A stretch of DNA of 64,000 nucleotides. Source: Priapulus caudatus. Its lineage: Eukaryota. Within the stretch, counting starts at the first letter, position 1; each line of letters opens with the position of its first letter. Below, piece after piece: positions 1 to 12,890 of this stretch. The notes under the pieces are model-generated. The model saw only the letters and a list, made by a program, of their open reading frames with translations, ran no database searches and was not told where the DNA came from. The position numbers and the translations under genes were made by a program. The stretch is taken from the NCBI RefSeq assembly GCF_000485595.1, contig NW_014577069.1, forward strand, positions 848,673-912,672, written 5' to 3'.

Positions 1-350
1 TTCATATCATATCATATTCATATCATATCATATCAATCATATCATATCATATCATATCATATCAGATCATATCATATCATATCATACTCATATGCATAGT
101 CATAAATATTATAATCATTTTCATTTTCCTATCAGATCATCATCATATTCATATCAATATCATATGCATATCATAATCATATCATATTATATCGCTATCG
201 TATCATATCATTCGATATCACTAGCCATATCTATCATATCATATCATTATGATATGCCGTATCGTATCATATCCATATCATATCCCATAGCATATCATAT
301 CATCATATATCATATCCGTATCATATCATATCATATTCAAAATCATATCA
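1..350. repeat. Degenerate (ATATC)n pentanucleotide microsatellite
   Basis: Visible CATAT/ATATC tandem units with many indels. Confidence 0.9.
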
Positions 351-585
351 CACTGAAGTGGTATATGGCCATATATTGTATGTGCCAAGTTACATTAACG
401 AACTATCACACTAAAGTTGTCCGTTACTGTTGGAACAGCCGATTCAGAAATTACGCCTACTCCTACAAACGCGTCAAGATGCGCCCACCACACGCACCTT
501 GCATTCGTTCGATTCAGGACGTTTGCCAGACGATGTATTCATTCTGCTGGTTATTTAAAAATGAGCAGATCCACATACGAAATTC
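290..585 (+). repeat. Dispersed repeat, second copy at about 6119-6380
   Basis: Segment 'aagttacattaacgaactatcacactaaa...aaaaatgagcag...gaaattc' recurs at 6119-6380. The differences are mostly single-base insertions in this copy. Confidence 0.85.
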
Positions 586-620
<35 letters not shown>

Positions 621-2123
621 TGAGAGAGTGTGTGTGCGCGTGCGTGCATGTGAGTGCATGTGTGTGCGCGCGACTGTGTGTGTATTAGGCACTGAGTTGC
701 CAATAACATCACGATTGGCAGTGCAGCATCCCTCCAGCATCATTAATGTCACGGAACTATTTCGTGAAAACTGTCTAGCGTCGCACAATCCGATGATTAT
801 TGTTAGGATGAGAGTGAACAGTGTAACTAACTGTGTAAATCCAATAATTCGTACGCCTCCTTTTACTCCTTGCCTTGTCTGGAGATATAAATGACCGCAA
901 ATGGCGAGAGGAAAATACTAACGCAAACGACCACCCCAAATTTTTGAATGTAGCAGCAGCACTTTATGAGGCTGACAGCGGGTGCATAGAGAAATGGCTG
1001 GATCACAAAGTGTAGCTGCATACATGCGTGCCAATTCAATACATTACATCCGATGACGTTGAAAATTACTAAGAGCAGCTAGTAGTCCCCCCGTGTTTCC
1101 GGTTAATAGCTCCTACATCTGTTTTACGTGACGCCATTAACGTTGACGAGGACAAATGGCCGAGCCGCACATATGCTGGACGTGTACGTAAAATTCCCGT
1201 GTTTTTAAATCACAAGCGAGAAATCACAAATGACATAGCTATTTTAGAAAGTTTTTTTTTACGTGAACCGAAAAAAAATGGGAGTTTACGGCATAGAGTT
1301 TACTTATTTCAGTACCTAAATATATCTCGAACCATTAAATTAAACTACACACACTAATGCAATCCGTCAGATCTATTATAATAATGTCTCAAGAGTGTGT
1401 ATGGGTTATATTTGCATAGTATACAAACCACTTGCCTGGGTGCACTACTGTACGATTAAAATGAATTTCGCAAAGAACTATCTCGCGATGTCATATGTTT
1501 GCTAAGGCGACCTTTTCGCATGCATAGCAATCTACTGCAGTATTCGGGTTGATCTATATTTAAAGAGTATCCAATGCGAGTTGAGATGGATAATATTCAA
1601 TATTTAGTATGTGCATTGTATGTTACAGGAGAGTGAAAAAACACGCGTGTCGTCGCGATAGAAAACTCGTGAAACTTGCTGACCGACAGACTATCCTTTC
1701 ACTGAATTGTATTTGCCACGGATGCAACAATTATCTTCACAATACGTCTAGTATAGCGACTAATTACAGACACAGCGGATTCCGTGCATGCCACGTCCGT
1801 TCTTCAAATATGTGCATGCTCAGCTTTACGTGAGTCCCCGATGCGGGAATCGCCTTGCAATTTGCACGATGACATTTATTTCCACGGGTATGCACAGTAG
1901 TGGAAATTTTTTTCACGCACAGCATTTCGGCTGCCTATGGCACGGTGCCGTGCGAGCGTGTAGAGATGCTTCATATCAATTTCACCCTATACGGATTTCT
2001 ATCGAAACCTGCCAGATTTGATGTAGTCGTTAAATTCTGCATGCACTCGTACACCTCGACCATAGCCGAGGGACGATTTACAAACGCCGTTCCCATGTTA
2101 GCATCAAGGGAAAAATTCTCGCT

Positions 2124-2211
2124 CGTCATCATCGTCGTCGTCGTCGTCGTCATCATCGTCGTCGTCGTCGTCGTCGTCGTCGTCATCGTCGTCATCGTCG
2201 TCCTCGTCGTC
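2124..2211. repeat. (GTC/ATC)n trinucleotide microsatellite
   Basis: Direct reading. Confidence 0.9.
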
Positions 2212-3609
2212 AAAGTGATTACGAAATAGATGGGATTTATCGCAGTATTATATATGGATAGCGTTTACCGCAGTGGCATATACGACGCGATTTTTTTTAT
2301 AAATTGTGTCCGCATCCGTGTACACGACTAACAAAATGCCTGGCATAGCGAATCAATGGGTCGCCTCATGATCACTCCACGGTAATTGGATATCGTAAAC
2401 ACATTTGCTGCCTCTATAAACCCACATCTAAGGCGACAAAACAAACAATTTTTTTAACAGGTTAGTAGTTGCCAGAGTGGCGTGTACGTGTAACACTACA
2501 TCGCGAACTCAATGCAAGTTGATCGGATTATAAGAAATTCCGTGAGCCGAGGGGAGTAGGCTTTTACTTGGCATGTAGCTAAATAAGGCCTCTAAGGAGG
2601 AGCAGCTTCAATCTTCTTTCAAGCGCGTTATGTCGTAATCTGAGAGAGTAAGGCTCACAAGTAAAAAGATCACGACATTTTTTTCACACGTACAAAGTGG
2701 ACTCTAACTTCCTGGTAACTTTCATTCATCATACAAAAACCTATATATACCTCGCTATATTTGCGAGATTCTTGCTCAGAAACGCTCTATCTTATTAAAA
2801 TATAGCGAAATATAGTTTCACCTCACAGCGCATTTATCACTGATTACACGAACTTGAAAAACACCAAGATTTTATTGCAGTTATAGCATAGAATATATAT
2901 TGGATATATATACAAACGAAAACTGTAACGAAAATAACATCGAGTCGCGAGATGTGTTAAATGTGTCAACTTGTATTTTGTCTGTGCAAACGAGATTGTG
3001 CGAGAGACGTGTAAGTCTACAACGATAGCTGGCGCTACTAATTGGTCTAAGATTACAAGAAAAGAAGATGGTAATCGAACGAGTTAGAACCTTGTACGTT
3101 TTTGTGAATACGAAAGTGCTAATACATTTTGTCGTTACTCTAGACAGTTGCTGTTACTCAAGCAATAACGGTAGGTATCATAAAAGTGAGGAAAACACTA
3201 GATAATTATCAAAATTATGGCTTTAATAGCTTGAACCGTGCCGATAGCAAGCGTCACCACAGTGGGGCGGTTTAACTAGGATATTCAAACCTATTGTGCA
3301 TTTTTTTTTAATAAAAGCACCAATTTTGGCACAGAGGTAGACCAATATATTATAAACAAATTTGGATGTGGAGCCATCGCCCAACTGCCCCCTGGCGGCC
3401 GTGGCGGCTATTTTCCAAAATGGCCGCCAGCAGACACCCAAAAGACACACAGAAGTTTGCTGCTGAAGATTTGAGTCAATGTTTATTGAATGTTTTAAAT
3501 TAAGACATGCCAGATAGCTCTTAGTCACATTTTGGGAGATGCTGCTGATATTAATTAACATATTTAGGCTAATTGCAGATGAAATGGCGACAAGGAAACC
3601 CATGATCAG

Positions 3610-5586
3610 GTGCTGCCCAAATTGTAAGACGCCACATCATCGGAGATGCCAAAGTGTTCAACGAGTTTCCTGCAGGATGCCAACAGGATTCCGTGCCACC
3701 CATGCTGCTTGCTTTGGTCAATATAATCTTGGAAGGTCTCAGTATCAAGCACCAGAGTGAAAGCACAACACCAGCGGCACTGAGCATCGCCCAGCTCCTC
3801 AAGTTCAACAGCGTTATGCACCGATGGGCCGCTACAGGCAATACGCCTCACCCAGTCAGGCACGCCACCACGCAGAAGACGCCAGTTCCAACCTACATCG
3901 GCCTAATGCTACATGCACACACGCGCAAGAGGAAGGTCGTCGACAGGCTGGCACACATGGGGATTTCTATCTCCTATGATCGGGTCCTGTCCTTTTCCAC
4001 ACAGCTGGGGAACAGTGCCTGCCGCCTCTACCACCAGGTACAAGTAGTCTGCCCTCCCAAGATTAGAGGCAGAGTCTTTACGACTGCCGCGGTAGACAAT
4101 ATTGATCACAACCTAAGTTACACCACAGCAAAACAGTCATTCCATGGGATTGCTATTTCCCTCATGCAACACCCTGCGGTCCCTGGGGCCGGCATTGACC
4201 GCAGCATCATCATCCTCGGAGGGCCGAATGAAAGAGGCTTCAAAACAGTTGACCGTTTGCCGCACTACTATACAGATGTCCCATTCGTCGACAGCATCAA
4301 GAACACCCCGTGCCGGCTACCAGCGTGACATCCCTGAGCAGCAACAGCGGCTTCAAGCAACATGCTGAAAGAGAGTATTTCTGGCTAAAACACACCCAAG
4401 TCGCCCTACAAGAAACTTCTCCAGTGGAGAACACTTCATGGGCTGCATACCACGCAGGCCAGCAGGACATGCCAGCCAGTCGGGCCATCTGTCTCACCGC
4501 ACTGCTCCCACTCTTCCTGGAGAGCTCCCGCACCGTGGCTACGATCAAGCACTCCATGAATGTGGTCAGAATTTCAGTGGAACATCTCAACACTGGCCAG
4601 ACTCCAGTGGTCACATGCGACCAGCCGCTGTTTGCTTTGGCAAAGGAAATCCAGTGGAAGTGGCAAAAGGAGTATGGTGTAGAGAAGTTTGTCGTCCTCT
4701 TCGGCAATCTTCATATCGGGATGGCAGCACTGAAGATCCTTGGTGACTGGCTGCAAGGGAGCGGATGGGTGCAAGCACTGGTTCAGGCAGAGATCACCAG
4801 TGCCGGGACAGCGGACTCCTTCATGCGGGCATCCCATGTCAGTCGAACCAGGAGGGCTCATCAAGTGACAGCAGCAGCACGCCTACAACCACCACATTGA
4901 CCAGCTGAGTGACACACGCAACGAGCAGCTGGAGTTCGACAATTGGTGCCAGCAAAAAGCGGATACCTGCCCCCAGTTCGACTACTGGGCAACTGTCCTG
5001 CAACTGGAGGTGACGGTCCTGGTGTACGTGCGCTTTCTGCGCCAAGCGTCGTTTGCGATGTACCTAGATGCCCTGACATAACTAGCAGTGTGGTTCCCTG
5101 CCCTGGATCACACCAACTACGCGCGCTGGATTCCTGTGCATCTGCGAGACATGGTGGAACTGCCGACGACACACCCTGAAATAGCTCAGGAATTCCGAGC
5201 TGGGAACTTCACCGTCCAGAAGACGAACAGGTCGTTCTCCGCCATCCCCGTCGATCAAGCCCACGAGCATAACAATGCTGCCATCAAAGGAGACGGAGGT
5301 ACAGTGGGCCGGACTGACAACCCCTGCGCTCTACGACGGTGGATGGTAGCAGGACCAGAGGTTGCCACGCTTATCGAACAGTTCCACGATAAAACTGGCC
5401 CGGGGAACAGACCACAAGACACAAGGCACCATGACCAGTCAGCAAGTGTACAGACTGCTTTCCTGAAAGATGTACAGTCGATGGTCAACGTGATGGAAGA
5501 CTTGGGGAATCCATTTAAAGAGGCGAGTCAAGATCTGCTGGTACTCGACACCAAGGAGAACGCGCCACCTGGAGCTGTAGACGCCT
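3610..5586 (+). pseudogene. Academ-type DDE transposase fragment (frameshifted; N-terminus and C-terminal XPG/Cys regions absent)
   Basis: Successive frames give TAAVDNIDHN...SFHGIAISLMQHP, GQTPVVTCDQPLFALAK, FVVLFGNLHI, WFPALDHTNYARWIPVHLRDM and FSAIPVDQAHEHNN. These D/D/H/E-bearing motifs are recognised from animal Academ transposases. Confidence 0.75.
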
Positions 5587-6117
5587 GTCAACTGTTTTGA
5601 GGCCTCTTTCATTCGGCCTTCCGAGGATGATGATGCTGCGGGTATGCAGCCCTTGAAGTGTTCTCCACTGGAGACGTTTCTTGTAGGGCGACTTGGGTGT
5701 GTTTTAGCCAGAGATACTCTCTTTCAGCATGTTGCTTGAGTCCGCTGTTGCTGCTCAGGGATGTCACGCTGGTAACCGGCACGGGGGTGTTCTTGATGCT
5801 GCCGACGGATGGGACATCTGTATAGTAGTGAGGCAAACGGTCAACTGTTTTGAGGCCTCTTTCATTCGGCCCTCCGAGGATGATGATGCTGCGGTCAATG
5901 CCGGCCCCAGGGACCGCAGGGTGTTGCATGAGGAAAATAGCAGTCCCATGGAATGACTGTTTTGCTATGGTGGAACTTAGGTTGTGATCAATATTGTCTA
6001 CCGCGGCAGTCGTGAAGACTCAGCCTCTAATCTTGGGAGGGCAGACTACTTGACCTACTTGGCCTGGTGGTAGAGGCGGCAGGCACTGTTCCAAATGCAG
6101 CTGTGTGGAAAGGGACA
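5587..6117 (-). pseudogene. Inverted duplicate fragments of the transposase region (copies of about 4199-4253 and about 3988-4451)
   Basis: Reverse-complement match. ORF 5609-5929 reproduces MQHPAVPGAGIDRSIIILGGPNERG... from the plus-strand copy. Confidence 0.9.
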
Positions 6118-6859
6118 AATATCATATCATCATAATATCATATCGTATCATATCATATCACATGAAGTGTATATTGGCATATATATGGCAAGTTACATTA
6201 ACGAACTATCACACTAAATTGTCGGTTACTGTTGGAACAGCGATTCAGAAATTACGCCTACTTCCTACAAACGCGTCAAATGCGCACCACACGACGTTGC
6301 ATTCGTTCGATTCAGACGTTTGCAGACGATGTATTCATTCTGCTGTTATTTAAAAATGAGCAGTTCCACATAGAAATTCAGTACGGATTACGCGACACGA
6401 AATTGCCTAAATTGGACCTTTACTCGCTGCCAATTTATATCCATATCATCCATTACTTGACGAATGCTGTCGGAATTAATCTTGCTAAACGTTCGCGGCA
6501 GCTAATAGTAATAGTAATTGTCGTTATGGCGACTTCGAAACACGCTTTTCGCCTTACCTTCTCGTCGTTCTAGCTGAATTGTGCCGATTCCAGAACAAAA
6601 GCTTGTTCACGGCGACACCCTCGCGTCATTGCGAGACAGACACCTCTCACGTTACGGCAGCAAATGCAACACGGAGCCCGCTCGCCGTTTATCGCATGCT
6701 CTGCCTGCCGTACACTGGAAGCGAACTGCGTCTCGCGCGCGCGGGAGAGGGAGAGAGTGCGAGAGAGGGAGAGAGTGCGAGAGAGGGAGAGAGAGAGAGC
6801 GTCGCACGCGCAGCATATAGTGATGTGTCCGCGACGCGAATCTGCATGAAGCAGCAGCA

Positions 6860-6860
<1 letters not shown>

Positions 6861-6890
<30 letters not shown>

Positions 6891-7262
6891 TGCGTGTGTA
6901 CGTGCGTGCGTGCGTGCGTGCGTGCCTGCCTGCTTGCCTGCCTGCCTGTCTGCTTGCGTGCGTGCGTGCGTGCTTGCCTGCCTGTGTGCGTGCGTGCGAG
7001 CGTGCGTGCCTGCGTGCATGCCTGCCTGCGTACCTGTTTGTCTGCCTGCCTGCATGTCTGTCTGTCTGTCTGTCTGCCTGACTGCCTGCCTGCCTGCCTA
7101 CCTACCTGCGTGCGTGCGTGCGTGCGTGCGTGCCTGCCTGACCAACCGCCTGCCTGCATGTCTGCCTGCCAGCCTGCCTGTCTGCCTACGTGCCTACGTG
7201 CCTGCCTGCGTGCCTGCGTGCCTGCCTGCCTGCCTGACTGCCTGCCTGCCTGCCTGCCTGCC
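6861..7262. repeat. Compound (GCCT)n/(GCGT)n/(GTCT)n tetranucleotide microsatellite
   Basis: Direct reading. Confidence 0.9.
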
Positions 7263-7448
7263 ACTAGGATGTCTGTAAGCACTAATGGCTCGTGCGTCAG
7301 CGCAGATGTACACGTGTCCGGCTGTGTCTCCCACGAGCATGCCAACCCTTCATGAAGTTGCCTGATTTCCCCTCTCTCGAGCAGATAATAAGCAGCTCGC
7401 GAACTGCCGATCCCATGCGAGAGGACATACGCCCCCGCGAGATGTGTA

Positions 7449-7476
<28 letters not shown>

Positions 7477-7482
<6 letters not shown>

Positions 7483-8143
7483 GCAGTCCCATGGAATGAC
7501 TGTTTTGCTGTGGTGGAACTTAGGTTGTGATCAATATTGTCTACCGCGGCAGTCGTGAAGACTCAGCCTCTAATCTTGGGAGGGCAGACTACTTGACCTA
7601 CTTGGCCTGGTGGTAGAGGCGGCAGGCACTGTTCCAAATGCAGCTGTGTGGAAAGGGACAGGACCCGATCATAGGAGATAGAAATCCCCATATGTGCCAG
7701 CCTGTCGACGAGCTTCCTCTTGCACGTGTGTGCATGTAGCATTAGGCCGATGTAGGTTGAAACTGGCGTCTCCTGCGTGGTGGCGTGCCTGACTGGGTGA
7801 GGCATATTGCCTGTGGCGGCCCGTCGGTGCATAACGCTGTTGAACTTGAGGAGCTGGGCGATGCTCAGTGCCGCTGGTGTTGTGCTTTCACTCTGGTGCT
7901 TGATACTGGGACCTTCCAAGATTACATTGACCAAGGCAAGCAGCATGGGTGGCACGGAGTCCTGTTGGCATCCTGCAGGAAAACCCGTTGAACACCTTGG
8001 CATCTCCGATGATGTGGCGTCTCACAATTTGGGCAGCACGCGCCAGGTGGACAGCATCAAGGTCTCTGTCCAGTTCACAAGCCTTTGCCAGGGCATCGCC
8101 GAGGTCTTCATTGAACGCAAGCAGGACATCGCGCCCCATGTGT
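7477..8143 (-). pseudogene. Second inverted transposase fragment (extends further N-terminal than the plus-strand copy)
   Basis: Reverse complement of about 3610-4160 plus extra coding sequence GRDVLLAFNEDLGDALAKACELDRDLDAVHLARAAQIVRR. Confidence 0.88.
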
Positions 8144-8704
8144 TAATTAACATGATAATTAAATGTAGTAGTGTCCCTTGACCACAGAAGTATAACATTT
8201 GACTTGCCCAAGATTGATCTGATGAGAGCAAGCCACCATAATTATCACTATCTGGTTCTGTTATTGCTGTTGTATTATTGATGTAATTAGTCTAATTGTG
8301 TTAATAATTTTATTAATTGGCATCTTAATTGGCGTGGGCAGTGTCCATGAATAGCTATTGACAGACAGAGGAAGAAGGTCAGATAACATTTCCAGAACTT
8401 TAATGAATCTAGCCTATTCACAAGAATATGTCAGCATTTCATGCCTGCTCATGGGTTTCCTTGCCGCCATTTCATCTGCAATTAGCCTAAATATGTTAAT
8501 TAATATCAGCAGCATCTCCCAAAATGTGACTAAGAGCTATCTGGCATGTCTTGATTCAAAACATTCAATAAACATTCACTGAAACCTTCAGCAGCAAACT
8601 TTATCTAACTTCTGTGTGTCTTTTGGGTGTCTGCTGGCGGCCATCTTGGAAAATGGCCGCCACGGCCGCCAGGGGGCAGTTGGGCGATGCCTCCACATCC
8701 AAAT

Positions 8705-9035
8705 TTTTACCTCCGCCAGGGGCATGGCGGGGGTTATGTTTTCACCGGCGAGTTTTTGAGTGTTGGTTTGTGTGTTTGTGTGTTACCATGCACGTTTCAG
8801 TTCACTTCCGCTAGGTGCGCTGGCTGTAGACTTACAAACACGCAACCACAGGCTAAGGGGCAACCACAGTCCTCCCCCACCTGCACGCTCGCACTAATCC
8901 GGATCCAATGAATTATTTAATTAATTAATGAGTTAATAAATTTTTCCACTTAATTAATTAATTAATTAATAAAAAATTTCACATTGAAAGAATTCAGCTG
9001 CCTTGGCGGAGGTCTGTGCTCTCCGAGTACTCTAG
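8705..9035 (+). mobile_element. Helentron/Helitron2-type non-autonomous element (HINE/DINE-like) nested in the Academ right arm
   Basis: Absent from the left-arm homologous site. Starts in a T run with ACCTCCGCCAGGG and a 5' hairpin. An asymmetric subterminal inverted copy CCTTGGCGGAGGT lies at 9001-9013. Ends ...CTCTAG. No TSD. Confidence 0.75.
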
Positions 9036-12000
9036 TTTATAATATATTGGTCTACCTCTGTGCCAAAATTGGTGCTTTTATCAAAAAATGCACAATAGGT
9101 TAGCTTACCCGCTGTACTACCATAATATCTCGATTCGCATCGGTTGGCTAAGCTGACTCGGGCCTCTCGAAATAATGAGAGCATAAAAATATAATCGCGT
9201 CTTGATAATGAGGTTGCTGTTGATTACGATGAAGATCGATGGCTGAGATGCTTAATAACGAGGAATGAGGATGACTACTATTACGCTAATGGAAATGACC
9301 GATTATGTCGAGGATTAAATTAGTGTTTCGCTGGATAAAAAGTGAATGCCAAGAAAATTAGTGCAGACAATTTTTCCTGTACGTTTTCTTTTTTTCTGCA
9401 CGGGTATTTTTATTTTGCATATATACGACCTCGTTGTATCAATCGAACGAAAATTTAATTACATTTATATATAATTACATGCGCGGTACACACGATAGTA
9501 CGGGAGGATTGGATTGATGTTATATAGAGAGCTATACGGTTATGAATGAAGTATGTCGAATAGGGGAATATTGAATACGTCACCGATCGTCATATTAGTC
9601 TATATATTGTACCTGAAAATGACCTATAACATATACTTGAAGTAATAATGCATGCCGAATGCGACTTGTATGTAGCAACGATTTTGTATTTTGTTGTAAA
9701 AAAAGTTGTTGAGTTTATAGCCGAATTGCCCTTTTTTAATTCGCCAGCTTTTAGATGACGTACTTTAATATCTAAGAATAGCGCCTAATAATATCTCCGG
9801 CTATTTTAATAGCAAGCTCGCCACCTTCGTGATGCGGCTTTGTCTGTTTGTAATAGAATGAATTTTATTTCAAATCCTGATGTTTTTATTTTATTACAAC
9901 GGCGGCAATTTCTCACAAAAACGGTTGATTTTCTTTCGCAAAAGTGACGAGTCATTGCTAAAACCATTTTTATTACAAAAGTGGTTTATTATTAATTCTT
10001 CACATTAGCCGCTTTCGTCAGAATTGTATAGCTAGTCATGCTCATCAGATCACGCTTAGATAACATATATAACTTATGTCACAGCGAACAGAACGTGTAT
10101 ATATAGACGTACGCACGCACAACAGACATGCGCATGTGTACATCTTGCTATAGAGTACCAAAATAAATTCGTTAGCAAATATTTTACATAATAAATATAA
10201 TATAGGCTTCGCATATCAGACAGAGGCAGTTTACAGTAAGTGCGTAACATATATATGGGGTCAGCTCGCACACATGCGTGTCACGGATGTGCTTGGGCTT
10301 ATTCGGTAAACGGCCCTAATAGGATTATTGTTCTGGATACGCGCAGTTCTTAGAAACGCGCGCCTACGTTATGTAAATCGGCCGAGCGAATGCTAAGGAA
10401 TCGCTGATGCTGGCTGAATCTGGCTTCCATCATCACAATGGACGCTTTATCCGGCAAGTGTCGTGTGACCTACACACTGTACATGAGCATTTTCCTTCGC
10501 GACCTACTAAGGGCGTTCAGGCCTTGTTTCCATCGCCACCACGGTGGGGATCGAGATGCCTTGCTTCGACTCTCACGTCGCGTAAAAATTGTTCCTGCCG
10601 CCTCCGACTATCGTGAGTAATCGCAGTGCACATATATTACTCGCAGCGCGAAGATAAGCACCTTGTTAACGCGGGCATCGGTACAACTCCTTCGAAGGTG
10701 GCGTTTTATTAAACGATGACCTCGTAAACAGCTCACTGGCGAATTATTTATGCATTCCCTAGTAACCGCTGAACGACGTAGTAGTTAATGGCGCATCCCA
10801 TAGGGGAGGGAAACACGCATGCCGATCTCGCTCGTGCGCCTGCATGTGATTATAGTATCCGGGGTGAATGGCGAGTTTCGATCCAGAACATCGATAGAAT
10901 GCGTACGTTTTGCGTATGGGTGCTCGCGCTTCACCTTCGGGCGAAGAAAAATAAATTATTACAGTCAATTTGCGTCCCTGCAGGGTTCGGTTTGAAATAT
11001 GCGCGGAATCTTTTAGCTTAAAGCGATGCAGATTTGCTCATTTCAACAAGCATGCGTTCATCAAGGAAGGGGAGGGAGACTTGCGAATTTGAAAATGACC
11101 ATGTAGAATGACAGCCCGTTCCGAGTACGGCATTACCGAGTACCACATATATAGCATTTGTTCGCGCGCGTCAGACATCGGAAAAAATAGAATGTTCCTC
11201 GTACGTGGGCTAGAAATAGGGTATGTACCTAATCGACACACACGCCGGAGTCTGCCCACGCTCGTAGTCGTGCACGCTTTATTTTTTTCCACGCAGCTAG
11301 TTGGCGTGATAATAAAACACGGTGAGAGTCACCCACGCATTGTTATAATTTGGTTATTTATATGTTAATCGTCGAATCTCTATGGTGAACGAATATTGAA
11401 TCATATTGCGTAGTTATCGGAGTATCAAACAGAAAGTTGAACGAGGTAACAAAGTTGAAACTAATAACACTAAAGTAGCCGCATAGCAGCAGCATGCATA
11501 GGTTTTCTCGCGATTCGGACGCATTGACGTACGTGGAATTGAGTAGATTGTTCCGTTGTATTAAAATATGATACTTAGTAACGTAATCATAGACATTGGT
11601 TGAACACGAATAACGTATTACTGCTGAAAAGTAATTTCGTCGATATTGCTTATTGCCCACCGCGAGCGAACAGGGGATGGGTATAGTGATGCGCTCCATC
11701 CCCTTCGATCCCATTCCGACGCTCAACCGCGTTGGTAACCTTTTGTTTTGCTTATATTGCTAAAATTAATTGCACTGTGTTTTTCGTGATTAGTACGATT
11801 GCAGTAACGTCGTCGGGTATATTGTTGTCATAGCTATGGCGTCGTTGCCATGGTCATCGTTGCCATAGTAACAGACATCCAATGAACTTTAGCTACAGGT
11901 TTTATGCATGCAAAACAGTCCATGAGCGCTGCGGCAGGTGAATTAACAAGATTATTTTTGCTGTATATCCGTGCGCTTCATTTTTTTTATTTATTACTGG

Positions 12001-12890
12001 AAAATGCTAAAACGCTTGCTAATTGGCAATCTTGGCAAAAACTATAATCCTCGCTGCATTTGTTAGTGTGGGTGCCTCGATCGGTACGTATTCCCGTGGC
12101 AGCCGATGAATCTTTAAACGCAGCCTCTTTTTTGGCGTAAAATTACGTTGCAAAGTGGCCATGTAACGTGTGTGCCGAGAAAAAGTAGTTTACAAAAAAA
12201 TACGAACGAACATTTTTTAGTTAACAGCTTATATGGTGTCACTAGCAACGTCAATTCAGAAGGTGGCATTGTGATTTTTCGAAAAAACCCTGCTGGTTTA
12301 TGGAGTTTTTTTGGTATGTATGGCTGCCAATGGGAAATGAATTTCCACCTTAATACTAATACGCAGAGAGTATTAAACCGTCTGCCTACGGCCGTAATGC
12401 CTACGGCTTTATATTCTGTGATACACGTTTAATACGCAACGACGTATTCTCATCATTTAAACGTCGGATTAGCCTTCGGACAAAACCGTCCTGCAAATAT
12501 AAGGCGGCTCTGCCGTTTTGCAATTTTAGACGGCCGCCATTTCGGGTTTCCAATCTTCGTATCAAATCGTTTGGCAGGATCGCTTTTCAAATAACCCTAT
12601 AACAGTGATTGTTGAAATTTTTTGCTACGATCAAACGCTGAGAGAGAGCGAGAATAATTATGTTTTTTCTAGCCGTGATACACTGTAATTCTTTTATATT
12701 TATTATTTGAACTCCATTTCTAAAAGTATGATATGCCTTTCCCAGAAGTTATGCGATAAGTAATTTTCTAGAAAACTTTAAACCCTAAAACATTTGCAGA
12801 TAAAATAGGTTAATTCTGATTTGTTTGCTAGCTTAAATAACAGAATTACTGCTGCTAAATCGTACCGTACGTCAACATGTAAGTTAGTGC

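Larger units (their letters stand above)
3260..9119. mobile_element. Rearranged, non-autonomous Academ-type DNA transposon with long imperfect inverted ends and 3-bp TSD (CCA)
   Basis: Termini are 5'-CAGTGGGGCGG and CCGCTGTACTA-3' (reverse complement TAGTACAGCGG). CCA is present on both flanks (3257-3259 and 9120-9122). 3288-3609 is an inverted match to about 8445-9100. Internal transposase motifs are present. YR termini and a 3-bp TSD fit Academ. Confidence 0.8.

Noticed and set aside
6579..7492. Long ORFs of 258 and 267 aa
   Set aside because: Stop-free translations of tetranucleotide microsatellites.
10005..10050. Hammerhead ribozyme core on - strand (CTGATGAG...CGAAAG)
   Set aside because: Stem II does not pair. 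The same applies to the CTGATGA motifs near 26808, 45598 and 55201.
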